DNA of 64,000 nucleotides, taken from positions 1,408,001-1,472,000 of the forward strand of contig CBDFJR010000005.1 of the NCBI GenBank assembly GCA_965248535.1. Direction: 5' to 3'. Positions 1 to 9,920 of the stretch are shown in pieces (the stretch's first letter is position 1; each line of letters begins with the position of its first letter). Under the pieces are notes generated by a model, which saw only the letters and a list, made by a program, of their open reading frames with translations, was not told the origin of the DNA and ran no database searches. The translations under genes were made by a program, and so were the position numbers. The DNA comes from Phormidesmis sp. Lineage in GTDB: Bacteria; Cyanobacteriota; Cyanobacteriia; Leptolyngbyales; Leptolyngbyaceae.

Positions 1-1603
1 TGATAGCGATCGGGTGTCCTATGGGCACCGCGTTTTGCATCCCGATCCCGTTGCGATTGCCAATCCCGATACCTATGTGGCGACGTTAAAAACGGCGTTC
101 GTTGCAGTGGATTCTGATCAGCGTCAAGCCACCATTCAGCAGCAGGTTGAAGCCGCTGCTGTTAAAGCGGGAGGGGTGGCCACGATTTCGCCAAGTCTCT
201 TGCGCGAAGTGACTAATTTAGTGGAATATCCCAGCGCGGTAGTCGGCAAGTTTGATGCAGAATTTTTGGAACTGCCTTCAGAAGTGATCACGACGGAGAT
301 GGAGAGTCATCAGCGCTACTTCCCGGTTCGCAAAAGTCAAGACTCTGACGAGCTACTGCCCTACTTCATCACGGCTTCTAACGGCGACCCGGCTAAGTCT
401 GACATCATTGCGGCGGGCAACGAGCGCGTGATTAGAGCGCGGCTGTCAGATGGCAAATTCTTTTTTGATGCTGATCGTAAGATTCCCCTCGATCGCTACT
501 TGCCCAAGCTTGAAACCGTCACCTTTCAAGCCGACTTGGGATCGGTGCGTGGCAAAGTTGACCGAATTTGCACGATCGCGGATCAAATCGCCGATCAGCT
601 TCAGATTACAGGAGAAGCCAAGAAGCATATTCAACGCGCTGCGCTGCTGTGCAAAGCCGATCTTGTGACGCAAATGGTCGGTGAGTTTCCTGAACTGCAA
701 GGCGTGATGGGTCAGAAATATGCCCTCGACAGCCAAGAACCCGAAGCGGTTGCCACGGCGATTTTTGAGCATTATCTGCCCCGTGGAGCAGGCGATCGTT
801 TACCGCAAATGCTCACAGGTCAAGTGGTGGGGTTGAGCGATCGTCTCGATACCCTCGTGAGCATTTTTGGATTGGGAATGATTCCGTCTGGTTCTTCCGA
901 TCCGTTTGCGTTGCGTCGGGCTGCCAATGCTGTTATCAATATCACCTGGGTAGCAAATCTCAAGATTGATCTCTATCAACTCTTAGATCAGATTGTCAGC
1001 AATTTCACTAGCAATCATGCTCAGGTTCTCAAAGTTTCTAGATCAGAATTACTGCAACAGTTAAAAGATTTCTTCTCCCAGCGTGTTCACACCCTTTTGC
1101 GAGAAGATCGCGGCGTTGATTACGATCTGGTTAATGCTGTGATTGGTGAAAGCGATCCTGACTATGCCGAACGAGCGCTGAGAAATTTATTAGATGTGCG
1201 CGATCGGGCCCTATTCCTACAAGCGATTCGCACTGATGGCAGACTTGCCACGATTTACGAAACGGTGAATCGCGCTTCTCGCCTTGCCTCGCAGGGAACT
1301 TTAGACACCCAATCCCTGAATCCTGTTGAGGTGGTGCAGCCCGATCGCTTCCAAAAAGCTTCAGAGCAGACGTTTTATGATGCGTTGGTCACGTTGTCTC
1401 AGCAAGGACAGCAAGACTATGGCAGTTTGGTTGAGTCGCTCAGTCAAATTGCGCCTGCGGTCAGCAAATTTTTTGATGGGGAGGACAGTGTTTTAGTGAT
1501 GGATTCTGATCCTAAGATCAAGCAAAATCGCCTCAATTTGTTGGGCGTGTTGCGGAACCACGGGCGAGTTTTAGCCGACTTTGGGGCGATCGTCAAAAGT
1601 TAG
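1..1603 (+). CDS. glyS: Glycine--tRNA ligase beta subunit, 5'-partial (frame open to window edge)
   Basis: Motifs [56 protein letters not shown]-terminal NRLNLL; frame 2 is open upstream of nt 14. Confidence 0.97.
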   Translation, partial: DSDRVSYGHRVLHPDPVAIANPDTYVATLKTAFVAVDSDQRQATIQQQVEAAAVKAGGVATISPSLLREVTNLVEYPSAVVGKFDAEFLELPSEVITTEMESHQRYFPVRKSQDSDELLPYFITASNGDPAKSDIIAAGNERVIRARLSDGKFFFDADRKIPLDRYLPKLETVTFQADLGSVRGKVDRICTIADQIADQLQITGEAKKHIQRAALLCKADLVTQMVGEFPELQGVMGQKYALDSQEPEAVATAIFEHYLPRGAGDRLPQMLTGQVVGLSDRLDTLVSIFGLGMIPSGSSDPFALRRAANAVINITWVANLKIDLYQLLDQIVSNFTSNHAQVLKVSRSELLQQLKDFFSQRVHTLLREDRGVDYDLVNAVIGESDPDYAERALRNLLDVRDRALFLQAIRTDGRLATIYETVNRASRLASQGTLDTQSLNPVEVVQPDRFQKASEQTFYDALVTLSQQGQQDYGSLVESLSQIAPAVSKFFDGEDSVLVMDSDPKIKQNRLNLLGVLRNHGRVLADFGAIVKS

Positions 1604-1611
1604 CCAACCCT

Positions 1612-1830
1612 TTACTCGCCTTCCTGACTTCTTCGAGCATCTTCGCGACGTTTTTGATGCTCTGCAAAGATTTCGGGAAAGCGATCGGTGTCTTCAGGTT
1701 TATACCAATGAGTGTTGGGGTCTGCTTTAATTTTTTCAACAATCACGCTGATAGCTTCTGCATCATCTCGATGCTCAAGGATGTAAGATCTGAGTTCCTT
1801 TCGCGTCATAGCATTAAAATCAGGCTTCAT
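1612..1830 (-). CDS. Small cyanobacterial protein, DUF6887-like
   Basis: MKPDFNAMTRKELRSYILEHRDD resembles the DUF6887 family as recalled; ATG at 1830 overlaps the upstream gene's stop. Confidence 0.7.
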   Translation of the reverse strand: MKPDFNAMTRKELRSYILEHRDDAEAISVIVEKIKADPNTHWYKPEDTDRFPEIFAEHQKRREDARRSQEGE

Positions 1831-2017
1831 TTTGAAAGCTCCATTCCCCGTCGCGGGTGATGACAATTTCTAGTTCTTCCCCTGCCAAAATAAACACCTC
1901 TCCCTGTCGCTCATCCAATCGAATGACGTTGATAGGCACAAACATAGCAGTAAGATTTTGACAGAGAATAAAGCACCGAGCTTCTTGTTTCGAGGTTGGA
2001 TACAGCGGTCTTCTCAT
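1820..2017 (-). CDS. Small cyanobacterial protein, DUF6888-like
   Basis: PTSKQEARCFILCQNLT...IRLDERQGEVFILAGEELEIVITRDGEW; overlaps the downstream DUF6887-like gene by 11 nt; start uncertain. Confidence 0.65.
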   Translation of the reverse strand: MRRPLYPTSKQEARCFILCQNLTAMFVPINVIRLDERQGEVFILAGEELEIVITRDGEWSFQNEA

Positions 2018-2126
2018 TCTAGCGAGATTTTTATTTAATGAAGTCCATCTTGTCACAATTGAGTGATGGTTAGGAACGGTTAAGCAGTACGATAAAGGAT
2101 GCAAAATTATTGATCTCTATCAGACC

Positions 2127-3491
2127 ATGCCCCACGCTTACGTAATCGGACTCGGAACATCAGGCAATGCAGCGGCTCGATTACTCAAACGCAACGGGTG
2201 GCGGGTCACAGTCAGCGATCGGGGCACCTCTGACACACTCCAACAGCAAAAACAGCAACTCAACGCTGAAGGAATTCAAGTCAAATTAGGAGACAGCTTT
2301 GATCCAGCTTTGATAATGCCGAAGTTAATCGTAGTGAGTCCGGGTGTGCCGTGGGATATTCCTGCCCTAGTGAAAGCGAGAGAGATGGGGATTACTACGA
2401 TCGGAGAAATGGAATTAGCATGGCAAAATTTACAGTCTCGCCCGTGGATTGGGATCACCGGAACGAACGGTAAGACCACGACAACGGCCCTAATCGCTGC
2501 TATCTTTCAAACCGCCGGGTTGAACGCTCCCGCCTTTGGCAATATTGGCTACGCTGCCTCTGAAGCGGCGATGTTAGAACCTCAACCCGACTGGGCGATC
2601 GCCGAATTTAGCAGCTATCAGATCGAAGCCGCCCCGACCGTTGCCCCTCGCATCGGCGTTTGGACAACCTTCACCCCCGATCATCTCAGTCGTCACAAAA
2701 CCTTAGAAAACTACTTCAGCATCAAAGCCCACCTACTGCGTCAGTCTGAGCAGCAGATTTTTAACGGCGATGACCCCTATTTGAGAAATCTAGGGGTTAA
2801 CCAATCTGATCCGGTCTCTGCCAAAGCCTGCTGGACAAGTGTCAAGGGTCGAGCGCAGCTAGTGGGCAATCCTGAACTAGGTGCTTATATTGAAGACGGC
2901 TGGGCGATCGTGCAAAATCTCCCGATCGTCGAGGTCAACACCCTGCGAATGCCCGGATTTCACAACCAGCAAAACCTGCTGATGGCAGTTGCTGCCGCGC
3001 ATTTTGCTGGGATTGAAAAAGTCGCCATTGTGGAGGCGATCGCTAACTTCCCCGGCGTGCCCCATCGCTTAGAACATCTCTGCACCTGGCAAGGCATCGA
3101 CTTTATTAATGACAGCAAAGCCACCAACTATGATGCCGCAGAGGTCGGATTGGCGGCCGTGAAAAGTCCGGTGATTTTGATTGCGGGCGGCGAAGCCAAA
3201 CTGGGTGAAGATGCCGCCTGGCTGAAAGTGATTCAAGAAAAAGCGGCAGCCGTGTTGCTGATTGGCAGTGCGGCAGCAGCGTTTGCTCAACGATTAGATC
3301 AAGTCGGTTATGCCCATTATGAAATTGTGGAGACGATGGAACGGGCCGTGCAGCGATCGCTCGACCTTGCCCAACAGCAGTCTGCTCGTGTCGTTCTGTT
3401 ATCGCCTGCTTGCGCCAGTTTTGATCAATATCCAAACTTTGAGCAACGGGGCGATCACTTTCGTCAACTTTGTTTAGAATCGCTTACCTAA
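2127..3491 (+). CDS. murD: UDP-N-acetylmuramoyl-L-alanine--D-glutamate ligase
   Basis: [43 protein letters not shown]. Confidence 0.97.
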   Translation: MPHAYVIGLGTSGNAAARLLKRNGWRVTVSDRGTSDTLQQQKQQLNAEGIQVKLGDSFDPALIMPKLIVVSPGVPWDIPALVKAREMGITTIGEMELAWQNLQSRPWIGITGTNGKTTTTALIAAIFQTAGLNAPAFGNIGYAASEAAMLEPQPDWAIAEFSSYQIEAAPTVAPRIGVWTTFTPDHLSRHKTLENYFSIKAHLLRQSEQQIFNGDDPYLRNLGVNQSDPVSAKACWTSVKGRAQLVGNPELGAYIEDGWAIVQNLPIVEVNTLRMPGFHNQQNLLMAVAAAHFAGIEKVAIVEAIANFPGVPHRLEHLCTWQGIDFINDSKATNYDAAEVGLAAVKSPVILIAGGEAKLGEDAAWLKVIQEKAAAVLLIGSAAAAFAQRLDQVGYAHYEIVETMERAVQRSLDLAQQQSARVVLLSPACASFDQYPNFEQRGDHFRQLCLESLT

Positions 3492-3543
3492 GCTGTGCGA
3501 CGATCTTCTGTTGTCCTTGAGTTGTAGAGTTCGATTGAGCAAC

Positions 3544-5277
3544 CTACCACCCCCAAAAGCCCTCACACTCATAGTAACCTTCTCGTTGCGTCCCTCTAGG
3601 GCACCACTGGGTTACAGGTCTAGGAGTCAAGTGCCGACCTCGACCATTCCAAAGGGCTGTGGTGCTGACGATTTTTAACCCCGCTTGCTTCGTAGCTTCT
3701 GCATTAGAGAAGTCGCCGATCGAGATCGTTGGCACAAAGTCTTTTCCCTTTTTATAGATCGTTGCTTGATAGCCCAGTTGTTGAGCTAGAGTCGCTTTGT
3801 CTTGAGCTGCCTGAAGAGTCGGATAGCTGTCTAAGATGATTAGCCAACCTCCGCTAGGACTTGGAGACGGGACTGGACTAGGAAGAGACGAGACTGGACT
3901 AGGATCGGTCTTTTGATGAGGCTGACTTGGTGGTTTCCCGGTCGGTGTAGACGATCGAGAGGCTGGCTGAGAAGGCACAGTAGACGAAGGAAGGGACGAC
4001 TTGGGGATGATCGCTGCCGTTGTTTTTGAAGTAGTTGACACGGCTGGAGTCGGAGACAGGTTTCGTCCTGGTAGCGACGAGACAGCCAGAAAAACACCGA
4101 TCGCACCTGCCCCTAACACGCCAGCTCCAACCAGAAACATCGGAATTTTGCCGTTACTAGATGGCACCTCGATCGGGACAGGAGACGAGCTTTCTGAAGA
4201 TATCTGAGGGAGTGAAGACATCCATTTTTCTTCGATCGCCGACACATCTTCGGTTCTCAGTGCCACGATCTCCTGAAATCTCCGCAACTCACTCTGTCGT
4301 TGAGAACTCAGTGGAAATTCTCGCTGAATGGCATCTGCAAACAGTTGTTCATAGCGTTGTAGATTTCGTTGATAATCCCGATAGGGGCGCAACACTTGAG
4401 CTCCGATCGCTTGGGTTTCCTCTACTGAAAGTCCTAGTTGTTCTCGCAGTGATGAGAGGGCACGATTGCCGATCGCTGAGATTTCGCCTTGACTTGAGAA
4501 GTGTTCGACTTCTTGGCGATAGCGGAGTTTAGGCTCTCCGATCGCCGCCTTCGCCAAATAAATTCTGAATCCTTCTTCAACAATGTAGATTTTGGGCTGC
4601 ATCGCGGGGGCGGTTTCTTGCACTTTTCGGTAAGCATAATCGTGGAGTTCTTCAACCGAGATCACGCCATCGCTATCGGCATCAGCGGCTCCTGTCTCAA
4701 TGCCTTCGACGATATAACGCGTGTAGACCGACAGATCAGCCCCCTGTTGCTCAAATGAATATTGGGTCGAAGTGGAAGACGTTAAGACAACGCGCCCCTC
4801 GCCGCCGAGTTGAGTTTGCACATTAACAGTGCCATCATCTTTGGCAGTCATGCCTTCCGCAAATGCCCCGCTAAAACAGCAGTCAAGAATGATCACCTGG
4901 CGTTTGCAGCGTGAATTGCTCATGATGTCTTGCACAAATCCCGCCGGAACTGCGGTAGCTTTGACCAACTCGCCTTTAGAATTTTTGCGCGTTAGACGAG
5001 TCGCGAAATAAAGCCGTCCGCGATCGTCCTTAACCCCATGACCTGAGAAAAACAAGACGGCTAAATCATCTTTGCTGCGATCGCTCAATAAGGTCTCGAT
5101 CGCTTCCTGCATCTGCAAAGGTTCGGGGTTGGGCAGCGTTTTCACCTCGTCAAAGTTGCCTAAGTCGGGATGCTGCAACACGCGCCGCATAGCTTCGATG
5201 TCTTTGAGCGCTCCGGGTAGAGGGCTTAACCCGGCTTGATAGTGGCTCACCCCGATCAGCAGTGCGATTTTTGCCAT
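3544..5277 (-). CDS. Caspase-family (peptidase C14) protease, EACC1-associated type, with helical region, one TM helix, Pro/Ser linker and C-terminal SPOR-like domain
   Basis: MAKIALLIGVS, FFSGHG (His), ILDCCFSG (Cys); TM IPMFLVGAGVLGAGAIGVFLAV; C-terminal GWLIILDSYPTLQAAQDKA...LGYQATIYK resembles SPOR (less certain). Confidence 0.85.
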   Translation of the reverse strand: MAKIALLIGVSHYQAGLSPLPGALKDIEAMRRVLQHPDLGNFDEVKTLPNPEPLQMQEAIETLLSDRSKDDLAVLFFSGHGVKDDRGRLYFATRLTRKNSKGELVKATAVPAGFVQDIMSNSRCKRQVIILDCCFSGAFAEGMTAKDDGTVNVQTQLGGEGRVVLTSSTSTQYSFEQQGADLSVYTRYIVEGIETGAADADSDGVISVEELHDYAYRKVQETAPAMQPKIYIVEEGFRIYLAKAAIGEPKLRYRQEVEHFSSQGEISAIGNRALSSLREQLGLSVEETQAIGAQVLRPYRDYQRNLQRYEQLFADAIQREFPLSSQRQSELRRFQEIVALRTEDVSAIEEKWMSSLPQISSESSSPVPIEVPSSNGKIPMFLVGAGVLGAGAIGVFLAVSSLPGRNLSPTPAVSTTSKTTAAIIPKSSLPSSTVPSQPASRSSTPTGKPPSQPHQKTDPSPVSSLPSPVPSPSPSGGWLIILDSYPTLQAAQDKATLAQQLGYQATIYKKGKDFVPTISIGDFSNAEATKQAGLKIVSTTALWNGRGRHLTPRPVTQWCPRGTQREGYYECEGFWGW

Positions 5278-5286
5278 TTGAGTGTC

Positions 5287-5661
5287 TCAAGAGGTGATAA
5301 AGTTTTGAGCGGCCGCGATCGCGGCTTCCAGTTCTTGTCGGCTGCTGGCTTTAACTTTAAGCTTTTTACCGTTTGCTTCGACTTCGAGTTCAATGACTTT
5401 GCTGCCTAAGCGATCGCCCAAAAATCCCATCAGTTTTTTGAAATTAGCGGGGCTGACTTCTGCCATTAATAACCCAGCTAACATTCCACCGACTGCTTTA
5501 TTGCCTTCAGGTGGATTGAGATCAGGAACCCGATCGCTCGTCACACCTTCTAACTCTCTGATTTGAGGTAAAAGCTTATCGACCTCGTGATCTCGCCCAT
5601 CCTTGTCCAGGTCAGGATCATTGAAGTTGATTGTGACTTTAATCTCAGATACATTCGTCAT
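5287..5661 (-). CDS. EACC1-like (effector-associated constant component) small protein
   Basis: 124 aa with PEGNKAVG, FLGDRLGSKVIELEVEANGKKLKV; lies 9 nt upstream of the caspase gene, the usual arrangement for this family. Confidence 0.7.
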   Translation of the reverse strand: MTNVSEIKVTINFNDPDLDKDGRDHEVDKLLPQIRELEGVTSDRVPDLNPPEGNKAVGGMLAGLLMAEVSPANFKKLMGFLGDRLGSKVIELEVEANGKKLKVKASSRQELEAAIAAAQNFITS

Positions 5662-5711
5662 ATCAATCTCTTTTTGGTTCGTGAATTAACAGATGGCTCA
5701 CCGTGCCTTCA

Positions 5712-5727
5712 CAGTTATATCAAGGTT
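5712..5727 (-). promoter_or_regulatory. Putative extended -10 promoter element (AACCTTGATATAACTG on the minus strand)
   Basis: TGnTATAAC about 50 nt upstream of the EACC1-like gene; near-identical copy at 7593-7607. Confidence 0.45.
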
Positions 5728-5770
5728 TCAGATTGTGCTGATGCGAGCAGGTGCAAACGATTCGCTCAGT

Positions 5771-6334
5771 TTAATACTTGAGCTGTGTTGAGTCTGAAGC
5801 GCACTGAAGTGTGCTGTCCTGAAACTTTGGGGGAGAAAGTGCAGCCGTTGAAGGGGCATTACCTTCACAAATAATCGTAAGCGTTGTGACCTCTTGACTG
5901 CCGCTAGAAGTGATGACGAATGCTCCACCGACATATCCCTTCAGCCCATCTATTTTAGGAGTCGCTGTCGAGACGGCATAACCTTTCATGCCCGAACCAT
6001 ACGCTTGAGTTGTGTACCTATAGTTTGCAGTTTCTGACTGAATGCCAACTCCTAACTCTCCAATGTTCGATGAAAACTTGTTTTTCTCAAGAAAGAAAGC
6101 TTGTTGAGATCGGTTCAATGAGCCAACGTAGGTTTTAGCCTCTGACTGTTTGGCTTGACTCGCTTGATTGAGAAAGGACGGAAGCACGATCCCGCTAACT
6201 AGCATGATTGAAAAGCCAAGGCAACCGATTGATCCCAGCACGATCGGCAGTCGAGGACGACTACGCGGAGGAATGGCTGTGGAGATGTTCTCTAAATTAG
6301 TCGTTAGAAGAATTGTGGGCAGAAAGAGAAGGGT
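5771..6334 (-). CDS. TM helix plus type IV pilin-like (Pilin_GH-type) domain; probably the frameshifted C-terminus of the 6297-7541 caspase
   Basis: LPSFLNQASQAKQSEAKTYVGSLNRSQQAFFLE pilin helix, C-terminal Cys pair; frame stays open to 6334 (TNLENISTAIPPRSRPRLPIVLG) and overlaps the caspase stop; no prepilin cleavage motif. Confidence 0.8.
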   Translation of the reverse strand, partial: TLLFLPTILLTTNLENISTAIPPRSRPRLPIVLGSIGCLGFSIMLVSGIVLPSFLNQASQAKQSEAKTYVGSLNRSQQAFFLEKNKFSSNIGELGVGIQSETANYRYTTQAYGSGMKGYAVSTATPKIDGLKGYVGGAFVITSSGSQEVTTLTIICEGNAPSTAALSPPKFQDSTLQCASDSTQLKY

Positions 6335-7541
6335 CTACTGAAGGGCTTGAAAGCGGTGCAACTTCTTTTTGCACAGGAACGCTTTCTTGACGAGGCTGAG
6401 AGGGAACTGATGAGGAAGGTACTGCGGTGGGTTGAGCGGGATGGGCTTCTAGAACTGGGGGTTCAATGGCTTCCTGACGGGGCGTATGCTTCGTTTCAAT
6501 CGAAGTAATATCTTCATGCCGCAGCCCCAAAATCTCTTGATAACGATGCAATTCATCGCGAGTGGCATCACTGAGCGGATACTCCTGCTGAACTGACTCA
6601 GCAAAAGCTTGTTCATAGCGCTGCAATTTTTTCTGATACTCTCGATAAGGTTTGAGAACCTCTTCCTCGATCGCAGTTGCAGTCTCAGAGGCAAGCCCCA
6701 AACTACCTCGTAAATCATCTAGAATTCTACGACCCAGCATCGAGATCTTCCCTTGACTGGCACGCCGTTCGACTTCTTTGCGATATGCCAGTTTCGGGTC
6801 GCCGATCGCAACTTTTGCTAGCCGAATTTTAAATCCTTCCTCGACCGCGTAGATTTTGGGTTTCATGGCGGGGGCGGTCTCTTGCACCTTTTTGCAGGCA
6901 TACTCGTGTAGCTCGTCGATCGAGATTACACCATTATTATCCAAGTCGGCTGCCCCTGTCTCCAGACCCTCCACGATGTATTGGGTGTAAACCGATAGCT
7001 CAGAGTCTTGCTGCTCAAAAGAATATTGAGTCGAAGTTGAAGAGGTGAGAACGGCGCGTCCTTCTCCCCCCAGTTGGGTTTGAATATCGACTACACCATC
7101 GTCTTTGGCAGTCATGCCTTCCACAAATGCTCCGCTAAAGCAACAGTCGAGTAGCACCACTTGTCGCTTACAGCGTGAATTGCTCATAATATCCTGAACG
7201 AATCCCGCAGGAACGGCAGTGGCTTTTACTAAGTCGCCTTTAGGATTTTTGCGCGTCACACGGGTTGCAAAGTAGAGCCGCCCACTGTCGTCTTTGACCC
7301 CATGACCAGAGAAAAAGAGTAATACCAAATCTTCTCTAGCCCGATCGGACAATAAGTTCTCGATCGCTTCTTGCATCGCAAAGGGTTCGGGATTGGAGAG
7401 CGTTCTCACTTCATCAAAGCTACCTATTTCGCGATTCTCTAGAACCCGTTGCATTGCTTCAATATCTTTGATAGCTCCTGGTAAAGGGGTGAGTCCTGCC
7501 GCATATTCGCTGACTCCAATTAGCAATGCAATCTTCGCCAT
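6297..7541 (-). CDS. Caspase-family protease paralog (N-terminal part of a probable caspase-TM-pilin fusion interrupted by a 1-nt frameshift)
   Basis: FFSGHG and LLDCCFSG dyad intact; clearly paralogous to 3544-5277; stops inside a Pro/Ser linker before any TM helix. Confidence 0.85.
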   Translation of the reverse strand: MAKIALLIGVSEYAAGLTPLPGAIKDIEAMQRVLENREIGSFDEVRTLSNPEPFAMQEAIENLLSDRAREDLVLLFFSGHGVKDDSGRLYFATRVTRKNPKGDLVKATAVPAGFVQDIMSNSRCKRQVVLLDCCFSGAFVEGMTAKDDGVVDIQTQLGGEGRAVLTSSTSTQYSFEQQDSELSVYTQYIVEGLETGAADLDNNGVISIDELHEYACKKVQETAPAMKPKIYAVEEGFKIRLAKVAIGDPKLAYRKEVERRASQGKISMLGRRILDDLRGSLGLASETATAIEEEVLKPYREYQKKLQRYEQAFAESVQQEYPLSDATRDELHRYQEILGLRHEDITSIETKHTPRQEAIEPPVLEAHPAQPTAVPSSSVPSQPRQESVPVQKEVAPLSSPSVDPSLSAHNSSND

Positions 7542-7592
7542 GATCTAATCTCTTATTTGAATGACTGCGGATCAATGACCTATCTGATGCCC

Positions 7593-7607
7593 CAGTTATA
7601 TCAGGTT
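7593..7607 (-). promoter_or_regulatory. Putative extended -10 promoter element (AACCTGATATAACTG on the minus strand)
   Basis: Same motif and same distance (about 50 nt) from the start codon as 5712-5727. Confidence 0.45.
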
Positions 7608-7671
7608 GAAAACTGCTTTTTCCCTGAGAAATTGTAAATCTTAAGAAGGTTTTTTACTTGATGGGATTCGC

Positions 7672-8841
7672 CTAAAACGTTGCTTGCTCCGACAAATGCC
7701 CCGCTTTCACTTCCAGAATTTGAGAAGCGTTGATCCACTGAGCATCAAAGGAGCCTAAATGAGTCGTCGTAATTAAGGTTTGAAACCGATCTTGAATGGC
7801 ATCTAGCAGTTGGTTTTGCCGACTCAGATCTAGTTCTGCTAATACGTCATCTAATAACAATAACGGCGGCTCACCAATCACATCTTCGATCAGTTTAAGC
7901 TCGGCTAGTTTGAGGGCGAGTACTAAAGTTCTCTGCTGTCCTTGAGAGCCATATTGACGAGCAGGCGTATTGTTAATCGTGAATTCGACTTCATCGCGAT
8001 GAGGCCCCACGATCGTCGTTCCTTGATGTCGCTCAACGACCGATCGCTGCTGAATTTTTTCTAAAAATGCTTTCTGCAACACTTCGGGATTGTCATCCAC
8101 TAGGTCTACATTGGGCGCATAGCGGATTTCTAACGCTTCGGTGCTGCCGCTAATCGCCTGATGCCACGATTGAGCGATCGGGACGAGACGCTGCAAAACT
8201 CTGGCACGACGACGAATCACGCGAGAACCCGCGATCGCCAGTTGAGCATCCCACAACGACAACTCTGATGGGTTCAAAGAGTCAAGCTCTGAGTCGGGAC
8301 TGCTAAATAAATTTTGACGGTTAAGATCTGATTTTTGAATGCCCTTTAAAAGAGCGTTGCGCTGCCGCAGAATTTGATTATATTGCTGAAGCACATAAGC
8401 ATAAATCGGCTCAAGCTGCACCAGCAGAGCATCAAGCCAATGGCGACGCTGTTCGGGGCCGCCTCTGACTAAATCCAGATCTAAGCTAGAAAATTGCACC
8501 ATATTCAACGTGCCGAGAAAGTCTAGCTGACGACGAAGATTTAGCCCATTTAAGCCAACGCTGCGCCGACCATTTTGGCGAAGGGTCATCGACAGATCGA
8601 CCTCGCCCATGTCCTTTTGCAGGTGCCCAGTGATTTGGGCGATCGCTTCGCCATCGAGAATCAAGTCACGATCGCGGGCCGTGCGATGCGATCGCAGCGA
8701 AGACATCAACTCCACCGCTTCGAGCAGGTTTGACTTGCCTTGGGCATTATTGCCGACTAAGATCGTTTTGGCTGCCGAAAATTCCACCGCTTGATCTCGG
8801 TAGTTGCGAAAGTTGCGGAGGTGCAGCGTCTTGAGATACAT
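7672..8841 (-). CDS. recF: DNA replication/repair protein RecF
   Basis: [43 protein letters not shown]. Confidence 0.97.
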   Translation of the reverse strand: MYLKTLHLRNFRNYRDQAVEFSAAKTILVGNNAQGKSNLLEAVELMSSLRSHRTARDRDLILDGEAIAQITGHLQKDMGEVDLSMTLRQNGRRSVGLNGLNLRRQLDFLGTLNMVQFSSLDLDLVRGGPEQRRHWLDALLVQLEPIYAYVLQQYNQILRQRNALLKGIQKSDLNRQNLFSSPDSELDSLNPSELSLWDAQLAIAGSRVIRRRARVLQRLVPIAQSWHQAISGSTEALEIRYAPNVDLVDDNPEVLQKAFLEKIQQRSVVERHQGTTIVGPHRDEVEFTINNTPARQYGSQGQQRTLVLALKLAELKLIEDVIGEPPLLLLDDVLAELDLSRQNQLLDAIQDRFQTLITTTHLGSFDAQWINASQILEVKAGHLSEQATF

Positions 8842-9033
8842 AGCGATCGACGAGGGCTTCAGACTACCTACTATACGCCCTAGGGCAAAAGTGTTTGAAC
8901 TGCCTACCTAAAGTTATGGATCGCTTAATTAGCTTTTTGTAACTCTTATATCGTCTTGTGTGTTCTGGGTTTAGGTAGGGCGCGATTCAGTATGGTTGAG
9001 CAAAGACACTCTCTCGATCGGGCGTAAGGTTTC

Positions 9034-9246
9034 ATGACTCCTTTAATGCTTCGTCAGCTATGGTCTTTAGTAGACGCGACTCAGGGAGCGCTGCTGCTTA
9101 CTCTAGACGACGCTAGTCTAGTGCAATGGCTATTGCGCCAGTTTAGAGTTCAACAATCTCTAAACCCTGAAGAGATCACGATTCTCAGCAGCTACATTCA
9201 GTCTAAACTGTCGTTGATTCGAGACTTGGCCCATCAAAAAGCCTGA
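9034..9246 (+). CDS. Conserved cyanobacterial hypothetical protein
   Basis: MTPLMLRQLWSLVD...LLTLDDASLVQWLL...KLSLIRDLA is a pattern recalled from other cyanobacteria; fills the gap after recF. Confidence 0.7.
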   Translation: MTPLMLRQLWSLVDATQGALLLTLDDASLVQWLLRQFRVQQSLNPEEITILSSYIQSKLSLIRDLAHQKA

Positions 9247-9249
9247 GAC

Positions 9250-9843
9250 TCACTGCTCAGGGGTTTTAAGTAGGGGTGAGCCTGGCAGCGTAGACGCATC
9301 GGGTTTGTTAAGGGTGGTTGACACGAGCATAAACCCCAGATAGGCAGGCAAAATGAGCAAGATGAGACTGACGATCGCTGCCACCCAAAGCCCTGGGTTT
9401 GTCGTCGAGCCATAGTGACTTCGATAGGGATCGATCGTCATTAGGTCAGACTTGAGAATTTCACGGAGCGCGATCGGGCGTTTAAATCGAATCCGGCGAT
9501 CGTCAAGTTTTTCTAACAAAATCCAGCCAGCCTGCGACTCTTCGCTACAGACGCGCTCAAAAACCTGGGGGTCACGGAACAGATCACGGCGCGATCGCAC
9601 GATCTTAAACTCCCACCCGACCAATCGCGGATCGTTAGGCGGCTTGCTCGTGCCATTTTTGGCTTGAGCCGGGGTTGCCTGCACGGTATCTTTTGAGTCA
9701 TAAGGGGTCAATGTTTCTTCCTCCTCTTCCCACATTTGCCCGATGCCCCACTGTTGCCAGCGCAGCCAGCCACCTGCGACCATCGCCTGCAAACCCAGAC
9801 TGCCGATCAAGAAACTTAAGAGAGTGACTCCGCCCATCAGCAT
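9250..9843 (-). CDS. Hypothetical membrane protein
   Basis: Hydrophobic N- and C-terminal segments; central GWEFKIVR...EESQAGWILLEKLDDRRIRFKR. Confidence 0.7.
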   Translation of the reverse strand: MLMGGVTLLSFLIGSLGLQAMVAGGWLRWQQWGIGQMWEEEEETLTPYDSKDTVQATPAQAKNGTSKPPNDPRLVGWEFKIVRSRRDLFRDPQVFERVCSEESQAGWILLEKLDDRRIRFKRPIALREILKSDLMTIDPYRSHYGSTTNPGLWVAAIVSLILLILPAYLGFMLVSTTLNKPDASTLPGSPLLKTPEQ

Positions 9844-9920
9844 CCAAATAGCATGGGGTCATGAATATCGAGCTAAACGAGTTAAAAGAATTTAACCACT
9901 CAATGCGATGAATTCAACCC

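Noticed and set aside
3544..7541. Diversity-generating retroelement (TR/VR pair) behind the caspase similarity
   Set aside because: The two copies differ mainly at synonymous positions of all base types, not specifically at adenines; no RT or C-type-lectin-like target domain seen
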